64,000 bases of DNA. It comes from Eledone cirrhosa. Taxonomy: Eukaryota. How positions within the stretch are numbered: position 1 is the first letter of the stretch; each line of letters starts with the position of its first letter. Location of the stretch: the NCBI GenBank assembly GCA_964016885.1, contig OZ024749.1, positions 38,192,001 to 38,256,000 on the forward strand, given 5' to 3'. The notes beneath the pieces were generated by a model, which was given only the letters and a program-made list of their open reading frames with translations, searched no databases and was not told where the DNA came from. Made by a program: the position numbers and the translations under genes. Below, piece after piece: positions 14,188 to 26,965 of the stretch.

Positions 14188-14644
14188 GGAATAGAATGAA
14201 ACGAAATTTCATTTCTCACTCTTAGTACGGCACTTACTTAAATGTAAGTATGTATGTATACGTACATACATATATGTATACAGACGTACAGTAGAATGTA
14301 TATATATACATACATGTACACATATATATATATATGCACGTATCGGTTTACCGAACATTTATTATAATGCTCGGTTTGTTTGTTTGTAAACAAACAAACA
14401 GCCCGAATTACGCCGTACAGTGTTTAGGCAACCACGTCACCTTTTTGTTCAACACTGACAGAGGGACGATGTACGAGTTTCAAGCTTATTAGCTATCGTC
14501 AGCATCGTATACCTTCCTGCCAGATGGTTGAACGTCTGAAAGTATATACTTTCCTTATGCATATTAACGGCTGAGTAGCCTAATTTGCATATCGAGTGAG
14601 TTCAGTCGGCCAGGCACACCGAAAACGATAAATGGAATAGAATG
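14187..14644 (-). mobile_element. Family E retrozyme-like HHR element, copy 1 (~446-nt unit with terminal redundancy)
   Basis: TGGAATAGAATG occurs at 14187 and again at 14633; homologous to 23579-24050 and 41293-41826; flanked by (TA)n. Confidence 0.8.
14466..14508 (-). ncRNA. Type I hammerhead ribozyme motif (family E)
   Basis: ACGATG-CTGACGA-T AGCT AATA AGCT T-GAAAC TC GTA-CATCGT; 6-bp stem I, GUA triplet. Confidence 0.8.
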
Positions 14645-14686
14645 TGTTTATATATATACATATATATATATATACACACATATATT

Positions 14687-14774
<88 letters not shown>

Positions 14775-15052
14775 TATATACATATATACATATATATATA
14801 CATATATATACATATATGTAAATATATATATGCGTGTGTAACGTATAGGCATCAATATATATATATATATATATATATAGATCTCTATATAAACACATAT
14901 ACATACATATATATATAACAGACTTCCTGATGACGAAAGGCCTTCTCCATGTGTTCAATTCGGAAACCATGTTTATTCCCTTTCAGAAACTAATTAGTTG
15001 GAGTGAAATTTTAGTAAGTAAGTTAATTTTTATAATTTTCTTATTTTACGTC

Positions 15053-15104
<52 letters not shown>

Positions 15105-15701
15105 TGTGTGTGAGTGTGTATGTTTAAAGTTAAAAATGTACATCCACATATGTATACTGAAATACTAGTATGCATATGATTACACACACGTATACATATG
15201 TAGATGTACCGAGTTTTTCACTGGTCACTTTACTGTGTGTGAGTGTGTATGTTTATATGCCCTTATATATGTTTATATGCCCTTATATGCCGGTATACAT
15301 GTATGCATGAACACAATAGAATGTGGAATCCAGCATGTAATTCAAAAATGAATTAAATATTGTACAAAAATATTACACTACAAAAGATATTCCCTTGCTG
15401 TAAATTTACATATTTACTGCCATCTACCTATATACCTGACTTCTTGTTATTCTTCTTGGTTGTGGTTGTTCTTGTTGGACTCCCAGTTGTTGTTGCTGTT
15501 CTTTGTGTTGTTGTTGTTGTTGTTGTTGTTGCTGTTTACGTTAGCTCAATGATATCCCGGAGTAATGTACTAAGTAAACCAATATGTTTTATCAGATCGT
15601 AAATATTTTCAGATAAAAAAACATAATGTAGCCATACAGTGAATTTATACATTCTTTTTTAAATTGTAAATAATTAAATAATAGAACTGTAGTAGTCAAT
15701 A

Positions 15702-15753
<52 letters not shown>

Positions 15754-15760
<7 letters not shown>

Positions 15761-15811
15761 GTAGCGAACACACACGTACAAATACGGGCACACACACACA
15801 CATACACACAC

Positions 15812-15842
<31 letters not shown>

Positions 15843-15957
15843 AAATATATATGTGTGTGTGTGTGCGTGTGTGTGTGTGTGTCTGCCCGTATTTGTACGT
15901 GTCTGTTCGTTACATATTATGTCTATATTTTTATATATGTATATGCATCTATATGCA

Positions 15958-16015
<58 letters not shown>

Positions 16016-16043
16016 CCCGTATTTGTACGTGTGTGTTCGTTAC

Positions 16044-16101
<58 letters not shown>

Positions 16102-16146
16102 GTAACGAACACACACGTACAAATACGGGCACACACACACACACAC

Positions 16147-16215
<69 letters not shown>

Positions 16216-16286
16216 CCCGTATTTGTACGTGTCTGTTCGTTACATATTATGTCTATATTTTTATATATGTATATGCATCTATATGC

Positions 16287-16290
<4 letters not shown>
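15754..16290. repeat. Five copies of a ~37-bp unit in mixed orientation among (TA)n/(TG)n
   Basis: TGCCCGTATTTGTACGTGTSTGTTCGTTACATATTA at ~15884, 16014 and 16214; reverse complement at ~15754 and 16096. Confidence 0.9.
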
Positions 16291-16564
<274 letters not shown>

Positions 16565-16574
16565 TTATAATAAT

Positions 16575-16750
16575 TATTATTTTTTATTGGCCACAAGGGC
16601 TGACACATAGGGGACAATACAATACAGAGGGACAGTGAGAATTTCAAATAAAACCGAGGAAAACAAATTAACAAAAGAATTACAAAAATAGAAATCTGAA
16701 AATACCCCAATAGCTGGAATACCATCCAAGGGTGAATTAGGAATCCCCAC
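16575..16750 (-). mobile_element. 3' end of an A-tailed non-LTR retroelement
   Basis: Minus strand ends CCCTATGTGTCAGCCCTTGTGGCCAATAAAAAA; the same terminus recurs at ~17377-17400. Confidence 0.45.
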
Positions 16751-16781
16751 CAATCCTAAATTACCAGACGTTCCAAAAGCA

Positions 16782-17072
16782 CAGTATGTTGATTGATTCT
16801 ACTTAAAGAGAGCTGAAGACAGGAGAGGTCTTATAAGCGTGGCAGACTGTGTTCAGATAGAAAAGAGCTGTTTATATAAATATGTGACTAAGAGGAATGA
16901 GCGAATCTTAACGTTGTATTAAAGGAGATAATAGACTAAGGGATGTCCAAGGAAGAAATAAAGATGAAGAGGAAGGGCAACCTAAATGAAAAAAATCTCT
17001 TCATAGATTCTTCTTGAAGAAAACAGAATTCAGAGACCGTATTCATGGGATTGATTAAAAAAGAGGGACCTT
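16782..17072 (+). mobile_element. Dong/R4-like LINE internal fragment (post-RT region)
   Basis: YVD*FYLKRAEDRRGLISVADCVQIEKSCLYKYV...KSLH.F...SWD*LKK, compared with the DVDRLY.PR..GGRGL...LHGQ...SW.WL pattern. Confidence 0.75.
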
Positions 17073-17136
17073 ATGGCTTGCGCTTTTGGTATAGTGCCTG
17101 TATAACATGTCAGAACAAAAGTGTTACGAATAATAA

Positions 17137-17354
17137 CGGTTTCTTATATAGGCACAAGGCCAGCAACTTTAGGGGAAGGGAAAGTCGATTAAATCGACCT
17201 CAGTACGTTACTGGTACTTTGTTTTATCGATCCCGTAAGGATGAAAGGCAAAGTTAACCTCGGCGGGATTTGAATTCAGATCATAAAGGGCCGTAACTCT
17301 ATGCTACAAAGCATGGCGTCCGACCCTCTACCGATACTGTCAATCCACCGCCCT
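17137..17354 (-). mobile_element. SINE family 1, full length with target-site duplication
   Basis: AGTGTTACGAATAATAA on both sides (17120 and 17356). Confidence 0.9.
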
Positions 17355-17659
17355 CAGTGTTACGAATAATAATAATTTCATTTATTGGCCACAAGGGCCG
17401 AGTGTTACGAATAATAATAACAATAATAATTGCCACTATTTATCTACAAATAAGCTGTTCACTGAATAGTTATTATTTAAAAGTATACTTTTGAATGATA
17501 TGAGTAATACAAGGGATCATTTCTTACTCGCGTCTCTGCACTACAACGCGTTTATAACAGGCCCCATTTTCCCTCCTACATGTGTATAATATCTTTCTGT
17601 GACAATAAACGAAGAAGTGAAAGCCCTCACATAAATAGGAAATTGTATGTTTAGTTATT

Positions 17660-18830
17660 CGAGATCCTCAAATTAAGGACTGGCTTTCAACACTATAAAA
17701 CCGATAAAGAATGCTGGCAACAGTAAATGCTACAAAGTTAGTCTGAGAAATGCTAATAAATCAATGTTATTGAAATACACAAAAACAAAAACAAAATTGT
17801 AAAATATGATAAATGTTCTGATCTGCTCAATGTAATGTTGGTTATATAATATTGCTGAACCGAAATATTCTCTTTATAAACATTGATCATCTTCTTACTG
17901 AATGTAAAATAGTATTTCCAGACATAAAGATTGCTAAAAAAATATATATTGGTTGAAAAGGAAATCTTCGTATATCATTCAAAATGGAATAGCGTTCTAT
18001 GAAAATATAATGAAAACAAATATTCACAAGACACGAAATAGTTCTATTAAAATTGATGAAAGTTCAGACATTACAGTGACTCAAATGTTATCTGTAGCTA
18101 TGAGATTTGAGTGTGATAAACATGGGGGGTGTAGATATAATGTTAAATATTGGAGTTGTTGTTAGATACGGAACAGCGTTTGGTCTTAACAAGCATGTGA
18201 TAAAGATCATCTAAAAAATACTATTGTATTTGTAGGTGATAAATCTTCCTCTATGATGGACAATATTAATGGGTCTCAGAAATTATCGAAAGATGAGATA
18301 CGTTCTCTTTATATATTATAGGATGTACCTATTATTATACTTTCACTTTGCGTCCCAGTAATACTGTTAGTTTATTGCCTTCATATTTAGATGTTTTCTT
18401 AGAAGATTTAACATCTTACATATCAGAGACCAGCAAGAGACAACTAAATTTCACACTTATTTGGTAGGTGATGGCAACCCTCTGATATTAAATGCATAAA
18501 TTTACACAAACAAGATGACGTTCTGCAGAAATCTGTATTAAGGTGATACCTTACTCCTTTGTTTTGATGCTTACTACTATATTTTGAAATGGAATTTAAA
18601 GCCGAAGAAGTTGATGGCGCCACGAGAATTTATGACATACTGAACTATCATATAACTAAACACGTGCTGCCATCCCTTCAATATGTGTTAAAGAAAATAC
18701 ATTTATTGAATATTTAGTTCCTATCTGAATATTTCAGGCTGCATCATTTGCATTTCATGATATCACGAGAATACAAATATATTTTGGTGTTCATAATTTA
18801 AAATATGATTTGTTATCTAATTTGTATGTC
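17660..18830 (+). pseudogene. Decayed hAT-superfamily transposase
   Basis: Frameshifted motifs in the expected order: IDHLLTECKIVFPDIKIAK, SIKIDESSDITVTQML (DES.D), FVGDKSSSMM, GCT, LPSYLDVFLEDLTSYISETSKRQ, TQTR*RS (TRWLS-like). Confidence 0.75.
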
Positions 18831-18981
18831 TAATTAAAATATCTTGTCACATTGTCAGAGTGTGTTGAAAGAATATTCTTGCTAATGAGTTGTGGCAAAA
18901 AAGAGACATTACGTTTTAAAAAACAAAGATTATAAATCATACGCTACTGACAATTTATCCTGTTATTATAATTTATATAGA

Positions 18982-19056
18982 TTAATTGCTTCTACTTTAG
19001 GCACAAGGCCAGCAATAACCCAGTACATTACTGGTACTTTATTTTATCGACCCCGT
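18982..19056 (-). mobile_element. SINE family 1, 3' fragment
   Basis: Tail and half of the core. Confidence 0.75.
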
Positions 19057-19369
19057 ACTGCGCTGAAGACCAGAGAAAGATTACTATATTTGCAGCTGTG
19101 TGAAACGGTGTTTTTCTTTTTTTCTTAATATATCTAGAAAATATGTCCCTGGTAACATTAGTCATTTTATGTTAAACGGGATTTGTTTTCCAGAATTCAG
19201 CATCTGAAAATGGAGGTTTGTTCACAATATCGAAGTGTCTTCGAATGCAGCGTTCAGAAAGTGGGTGACTTAAGAAAAAGATACTAGGAAAGATTACAAA
19301 TAACCCAATCCCCACAAAAAGAGAAACTTCTGGAGTCACAGACATTAAATAACATAATATTATATTTAT

Positions 19370-19528
19370 TCGGACGCCATGCTTTCCAGCATAGTTACGT
19401 CCCTTTACCATCTGAGTTCAAATCCCGCCGAGGTTGACTTTGCCTTTCATCCTTACGGGGTCGATAAAATAAAGTACCAGTAATGCACTGGTAATTGCTG
19501 GCCTTGTGCCTAAAGTAGAAACAATTAT
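19370..19528 (+). mobile_element. SINE family 1, 5'-truncated
   Basis: Consensus match. Confidence 0.85.
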
Positions 19529-19894
19529 ATTTATATTTAAATATGAAATTTCATTTTTTGTTTGTTTGTGCGGTACGAGGCTCCATATGCAAACGCGATC
19601 TAGCAGTTGCCTTAGAATTCCATTGGTAAGTTTGGAGTTGATATGCTAAATGTTTACTCTTAAGAGGCAGAGTCGCAGTTATGGGGGTGGAATGGCTGTT
19701 ATGTGGGCAGGACAACTGTTTCAAGATAGGGACGTTATCATGGAGGGTGAGGATGCTGATGAAATATACTCTGTTAAAGAATGAAAAATGTACAGTTCAA
19801 ATACAAACATCTCATGATTGGCGTTTGATATAACTAGCTTACGCAATGGAAATTTTACGGTTAAATTAGAACCAGACAAGTATTATTTAGATAA

Positions 19895-20076
19895 ATTGGC
19901 AGTATCGGTAGAGGATTGGACGCCATACTTTCTAGCATGGTTACGACCGATTACGATCTGAGTTCAAATCCCGTCGAGGTTAACTTTGCCTTTGATCCTT
20001 ACGGGGTCGATAAAACAAAGTACCAGTAATGTACTGTGTATTTGCTGGCCTTGTGTCAAAAGTAGAAACAATTATT
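19895..20076 (+). mobile_element. SINE family 1
   Basis: Consensus match. Confidence 0.85.
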
Positions 20077-20105
20077 TAAACATTACAGATGTATTATTTA
20101 TAACT

Positions 20106-20137
<32 letters not shown>

Positions 20138-20231
20138 TTTAAGTATATATATATATACATATATATGTCCCAAGGCTCTGATACCATCAACACTATACAC
20201 ACAGAGCTGGCATATCTAAGAACTGACTAAC

Positions 20232-20283
20232 TGCCTGATGAGGTCATAGCCATTCAATGGCTATCATCGAAATATATATAGCA
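20232..20283 (+). ncRNA. Minimal type I hammerhead ribozyme motif in a (TA)n-flanked island
   Basis: TGC-CTGATGA-GGTC ATAGCCATT C AATGGCTAT CATC-GAAA TATATA TA-GCA, then AATAAA; palindromic stem III. Confidence 0.75.
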
Positions 20284-20402
20284 ATAAATAAAGGATTATG
20301 AGTTCATGCAATTGACTTATGTTTCGTCACTATATATATATATGCAAATAATATAATTGTCTAGGATTCGAAAAAAAGATCGACGTTACAAATACCACCA
20401 TT

Positions 20403-20462
<60 letters not shown>

Positions 20463-20464
20463 TT

Positions 20465-20495
<31 letters not shown>

Positions 20496-22076
20496 TTCTC
20501 TCTCTTTCTCTCTCCCTCCCTCTCTCTCTCACACACATAACACACCCACCCCCATGCACACACATCTTTAAGTGCGTGGGGACACTTGTATCACCAACCC
20601 TTTCCAACGTGACCAACGTCTTACTTGAAATATACGATAGATTTAATATAATAAATATTTGGTTGATTAGAATTTATACCGAGCGTGTGTATCGATCAGT
20701 TTACGGTTGTATTGGGAATAAGCTCTTGATACAAAGAAACGCCAAGCAATCTTAAGAAATTCTCCATCTTATTGAAACATACATGAGTAACTTATTTTCA
20801 TTTAGTCCTTGTCACTTCTAATATTCTAACGTCCGCTCTGTCAGTTACAATTACCTTTTGAAATTGGCGAAGAAAATCTTGGTAGCAATCCCAAGAATAT
20901 ACATTTCGTTAAAGAGGTTCCTCTAAACCTTCTATTTCTTCGAAACATGAAACAACAGAAGAAAGGATGGATGTAGATTACTGAGTGAATATAATATATG
21001 TTGATTTCTTTGTATAATTATATATATGTTTTACTCAACGTGCGCTTGCACATCCTGTCGGCTGATAAGTTAACCTTTTTTATAGTAACTCGCTTGAAAC
21101 CACTCCTAGGTCTATAATACAAAACTATAGTTCGTTTTAAAGTGTTTTGAATGTATTCGAGACCCATGTTTCATACCTTATCGAAGTTTAGTTAGTTTAT
21201 TTTCCATACAATAGCTTAATAAGAGAGTTAGTAATATTTCTAAATCATTCTAAGTTCTTGGTTGTCTCCAAAATTAATTGAAAACGATAGGAAGTCTTTC
21301 ATTGGAAATATTGTAACGAAAGAGTCAAAATATTTACATTTATCTAAAACCTTTCAATCGTAATTGTATGTAAAAACCCTCGAGTTAGTTTCCAAATACC
21401 AGACTACTAACGAGGATGTCTGTTACGTTGTTAAATCCCTCGAACTTCTTCATTATTTTGAAAATTCAAATGAAATTCACTGCAGACATCGACTTTCGTT
21501 AAGGATCTGGTAAAGAGAGGTTTAAGATGAAATATTTGAGAGAATACTCAACCTATCCTGATAAAATTATATGATAACAGAGCAGAATACAAGCCTTCCT
21601 TCAATAATTTGTTTCGATATACTTGTGCTTTAGCTTTTACTCCACTGATTTTCTATTGACTAGATATGTTAATATGATCATGTTTTAATTTCTTCCCTAG
21701 TTTCATGTTGGTGATAAATAAAACGTGAGCTAATAATATTACATATGTACAGTTTATATACTTAAGCGTCCTCCCACAATCTCAAAACTAAAACGGAAGC
21801 TCTGGATACGAACGTAAATGGTCAACAAATATGTTTGATATTCTTCTTCGTTCTCTAGCTACAGAGCTGGTTATGAAATGAGAAATTCTATTGACATGTT
21901 CGAGCTATATTAAAACCTGTATCTTTACTATGTGACTCGGACTACTCCTAAAAGTGTATAGTATTTCCCCACGGTATATGTCTGCTCCACTGTCCTGAAG
22001 AGTTTTAAATACTAGTATACATGAAACTTTCAAACGTTAATTGCATGAGCACTCAATACATGTGCGCAGTGCTTCA

Positions 22077-22133
<57 letters not shown>

Positions 22134-22652
22134 AGGGGGGGAGTAAGACAGAAAGGAAGAGAGAGAGAGAAAAATATTATAAAATATATAAACAATATAT
22201 AAATACCTGTGTTGAATTTGATACACAGTTTCCATTGGAGCTGCAGATATGTTCTGAATTGGGTAATTTACAACTCTGGTCTTTCACCATCACCTTCAGC
22301 CTGAGACCGTATTCACAATTAAGGGACGTACTATTGGAAGACGCTGAAAATCAAGAAAAATAAACCGATATATTTACCAACAAACTATTCAAGTCTGAAC
22401 GTTTCAAATATCAGGGTCTGCTACTCCGAAGGACTAGATCTACCCATTAGATAAACCATCCAACATAACGGTATATATATATATATAATTAGAAGACGAA
22501 GAAGTCAAATAGAACGGACATAGACTCGCCTGATTGCTCACTCACTCAATGAACAACAAAGTCCGTATTATTAAAAATTAGAACCCAGCTGGCCAGATTG
22601 CACACTTTCGTTAATCAGTGAAGAAAACGACTTCGTGTAGAAAACATGTTAC

Positions 22653-22704
<52 letters not shown>

Positions 22705-22713
22705 TAGATATTT

Positions 22714-22903
22714 GTAACGAGGGAAAAGTGGTAAGGAACCAGGTGGACAATAACGCACCAAAGTACTCAATACTTAGGGTAGTAGAGTGGGTAATAGGAA
22801 CCAGTAAGACCCCGATGGCTGAGCTCAAGCCGTTTCGACGACTAATTCAGAATTAGTCGTCGAAACGGCTTGAGCTCAGCCGTCGGGGTCTTACTGGTTC
22901 CTA
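22714..22903 (-). mobile_element. Family A arm+tail insertion (HHR 3' half)
   Basis: ~55-bp inverted repeat plus ~80-nt tail on the left; 6 copies in the window, all in (TA)n. Confidence 0.85.
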
Positions 22904-22909
22904 TATATA

Positions 22910-23301
22910 TTTGTAGCAAGGTTGCTTGGATGCGTCCATCGGGGGTATGCCAATTAACCCCTCTATTCTCCTTCGGAGTAGAGTATAATAATATGGAGAA
23001 CGAAGAATCAGTTAAGTGATGCATTGGAACACAATTTATTAACGTATTACAGTTGTTTCTCCGGCGAACAGCTCGAGGTACGATCTGTTTGTGGATCGAA
23101 CCTGACTCTGTATTCGCAAGTACTTCAGAAACGTCTAGTGTCTTCGAAGCAAATCCTCTGACAGTGACGTATCTGAGGAACTTGCGAATCCAGAGTCAGG
23201 TTCGATCCACAAATAGATCGTACCTCGAGCTGTTCGCCGGAGAAACAATTGTAATACGTTAATAAATTGTGTTTCGATGCATCACTGATTCTTCGTTTTC
23301 C

Positions 23302-23308
<7 letters not shown>
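22910..23308 (-). mobile_element. (TA)n-embedded arm+tail element with ~150-bp diverged inverted arms
   Basis: 22988-23136 is the inverted copy of 23166-23308; unique tail on the left. Confidence 0.8.
23167..23259 (+). ncRNA. Type I hammerhead motif with extended stem II
   Basis: ACGTAT-CTGAGGA-(~60-nt hairpin incl. GCGAA/TTCGC and CGATC/GATCG)-GAAAC AATT GTA-ATACGT, then AATAAA. Confidence 0.7.
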
Positions 23309-23350
<42 letters not shown>

Positions 23351-23351
<1 letters not shown>

Positions 23352-23544
23352 TAGGAACGAGTAGGACCCCGACGGCTGAGCTCAAGCCGTTTCGACGGCT
23401 AATTCTGAGTCCAGAATTAGCCATCGAAACGGCTTGAGCTCAGCCGTCGGGGTCCTACTCGTTCCTATTACCCACTCTACTACCCTAAGTATTGAGTACT
23501 TTGGTGCGTTATGGTCCACCTGGTTCCTTACCACATTTCCTTCG

Positions 23545-23547
<3 letters not shown>
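23351..23547 (+). mobile_element. Family A arm+tail insertion
   Basis: As other family A copies. Confidence 0.85.
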
Positions 23548-23578
<31 letters not shown>

Positions 23579-23582
<4 letters not shown>

Positions 23583-24050
23583 GGAATAGAATGAAACGAA
23601 ATCTCATTTCTCACTCTTAGTACGGCACTTACTTAAATAAAATTTCGTTTCCCTCTATTCCATTTATCGTTTTCGGTGTGCCCGGCCGACTGAACTCACT
23701 TGATATGCAAATTAGGCTGCTCAGCCGTTAATATGTATAAGGAAAGTATATATTTTCAGACGTTCAACCATCTGGCCGGAAGGTATACGATGCTGACGAT
23801 AGATAATAAGCTTGAAACTAGTACATCGTTCCTGTGTCAGTGTTGAACAAAAAGGTGACGTGGTTGCCTAAACACTGTACGGCGTAATTCGGGCTGTTTG
23901 TTTGTTTACAAACAAACAAACCGAGCATTATAATAGATGTTCGGTAAACCGATACGTGCATATATATATATGTGTGCATGTATGTATATATATATACATA
24001 CTACTGTACATCTGTATACACATATATGTATGTACGTATACATACATACT
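23579..24050 (+). mobile_element. Family E retrozyme-like element, copy 2, with inverted 5' segment
   Basis: 23579-23638 is inverted and supplies the part of the unit missing from the forward segment. Confidence 0.8.
23787..23829 (+). ncRNA. Type I hammerhead ribozyme motif (family E)
   Basis: ACGATG-CTGACGA-TAGATAATAAGCTT-GAAAC TA GTA-CATCGT. Confidence 0.8.
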
Positions 24051-24106
24051 TATATATATATATGTGTGTTTGTGTATATATATAAAGTGTTTCTTCAAAG
24101 ACACGA

Positions 24107-24145
<39 letters not shown>

Positions 24146-24148
<3 letters not shown>

Positions 24149-24391
24149 TCGTGTCTTTGAAGAAACACTTTCCATTAATGTAATCTATTTTCCTGTAATG
24201 TGGTGTTTGTCACTGTGGAGGAAATACGTGTTGCCATATCGAAGAGAATGTTACTTTTCGTATGTGAGGAGTGTGATGAATATACATTTAAATACTGGTG
24301 TTTGTCTATTGGTTTGCAGAAAACAACTATTTAATATTCTACTCTTCATTAATAATCTTACTGAACCAAACAAAGATTTTGCATCAATTTC

Positions 24392-24395
<4 letters not shown>
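24146..24395 (-). mobile_element. Inverted duplicate of the Penelope-like RT fragment
   Basis: Near-identical reverse complement of 25040-25290. Confidence 0.8.
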
Positions 24396-24460
<65 letters not shown>

Positions 24461-24493
24461 CATACTTATATATACATATATATATATATACAC

Positions 24494-24641
<148 letters not shown>

Positions 24642-24657
24642 GTATATATAATATATG

Positions 24658-24739
<82 letters not shown>

Positions 24740-24827
24740 TATATACATGTATGTATGTATATATATATATATACATATACATACATGTATGTATATATAT
24801 ATATATATATACATATATACATACATG

Positions 24828-24891
<64 letters not shown>

Positions 24892-24929
24892 TATATACAT
24901 GTATGTATGTATATATATACATACATATA

Positions 24930-25435
<506 letters not shown>

Positions 25436-25456
25436 TATATTCATTTTATTAAGGCG

Positions 25457-25620
25457 AAATAATTGTTTCTACTTTTGGCACAAGGCCAGCAATTACCCAG
25501 TGTATTACTGATACTTTATTTTATCGACCCCATAGGGATGAAAGGCAAAGTTAACCTCGGCGGGATTTGAACTCAGAATGGCAAGGGCCGTAACTCAATG
25601 CGTCAAAGCATGGCGTCCGG
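25457..25620 (-). mobile_element. SINE family 1, 5'-truncated
   Basis: Consensus match; GGCGAAATAAT duplicated at both ends. Confidence 0.85.
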
Positions 25621-25648
25621 CGAAATAATGAGTCTTGTTAGTCTAGCG

Positions 25649-26165
25649 CAGAGGTTCTCAAACTTTTACTGCCACGTAATACCCTCAGTGCCCCAACGCT
25701 ATTTCCAGAGAGACCCGCCTATACGCAAGTTGCAAATAAAATCGTTAATGTATATATAATAAATAATTGTTTCTACTTTAGGCACAAGGCCAGCAATTAC
25801 CCAGTGCATTACTGGTACTTTATTTTATCGACCCCGTAGGGATGAAAGGCAAAGTCAACCTCGGCAGGATTTGAACTCAGATCGTAAAGGGACGAAAGCA
25901 TGGCGTCCGACCCTCTACCGATACTGCCAATCCACCGCCTTATATATAATAAATAATATAATATATACTATGTATAAATGAATATGATATATTTTTATTT
26001 TACTCTATTTATATATAATTTATATCATTTGATATTCAATACACTATTATATCATGTCTCTCAATCTTCCCACCTCCACCAACACTGCCCACTTATACCC
26101 TAGTGTCCCTTGGACCTTCTCAACACCCTCGGTGGGGGCTGTAGCGTTCACTTTGAGAACCTCTG
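25649..26165. mobile_element. hAT (Charlie-like) MITE
   Basis: TIRs CAGAGGTTCTCAAA / TTTGAGAACCTCTG; 8-bp flanks GTCTAGCG / TCCTAGCG (CTAG-centred TSD, 6/8 match). Confidence 0.8.
25762..25941 (-). mobile_element. SINE family 1 nested in the MITE
   Basis: TSD TATATATAATAAATAAT. Confidence 0.9.
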
Positions 26166-26204
26166 TCCTAGCGTTTCACCTGTTTCTCATAGTGTCGGCA
26201 GTCA

Positions 26205-26237
<33 letters not shown>

Positions 26238-26797
26238 GATATATGCATGCGTATATATATTTGTATCTGGTTTGCACATACACCCTTTTCTTCCAAACAC
26301 ATCAACCACTCAACATTTTACTGTTTATTCAACAATGATATATAAATACACTGATCTCACTAATTTTATTTCGTATATTCACCAAAGGTCCTTTATCTCA
26401 CCTAACTCCTCTATCTGACCATCACAATAAGGTGCCTTCACTTAATCACATTTTGTTCTTTCTCCTATCTTAAAACATTCGTTTTTTTATTTATAAAATA
26501 CACCCACCGTAACCAACATTGTATTGTTATTTCAATAATAATATACAAATATTTTATCACTTTAATCTTATTTTGTTCCTATACCAATTGTGATTTAAGC
26601 CATTTAAACCTATCTGATTATCTAATGTCGTTCTCACTCAATCACGTTTTCGTCTTCATTTTCACTTTCCTATCATCAAAAGATTTTCAAAGTTAGTGCC
26701 CTACTTTGGTTTACATTACATCATTTGTAAATACACACTTAGAGGCTCAGAACCTCCACCTCTCTCTCTCTCTCTTTCTTTATCTCTCTCTCACTCG

Positions 26798-26884
<87 letters not shown>

Positions 26885-26934
26885 TGTACGTATATATATA
26901 CATATATACATACACACACACACACACATGTACG

Positions 26935-26965
<31 letters not shown>

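Noticed and set aside
14927-14975. CTGATGA-CGAA...TTCG-GAAAC hammerhead-like motif
   Set aside because: Stem II fits, but no stem I partner follows the cleavage triplet; at best a truncated relic, not counted.
20560-21990. Possible decayed DNA transposase on the minus strand
   Set aside because: Only vague motif resemblance; could not be supported by eye.
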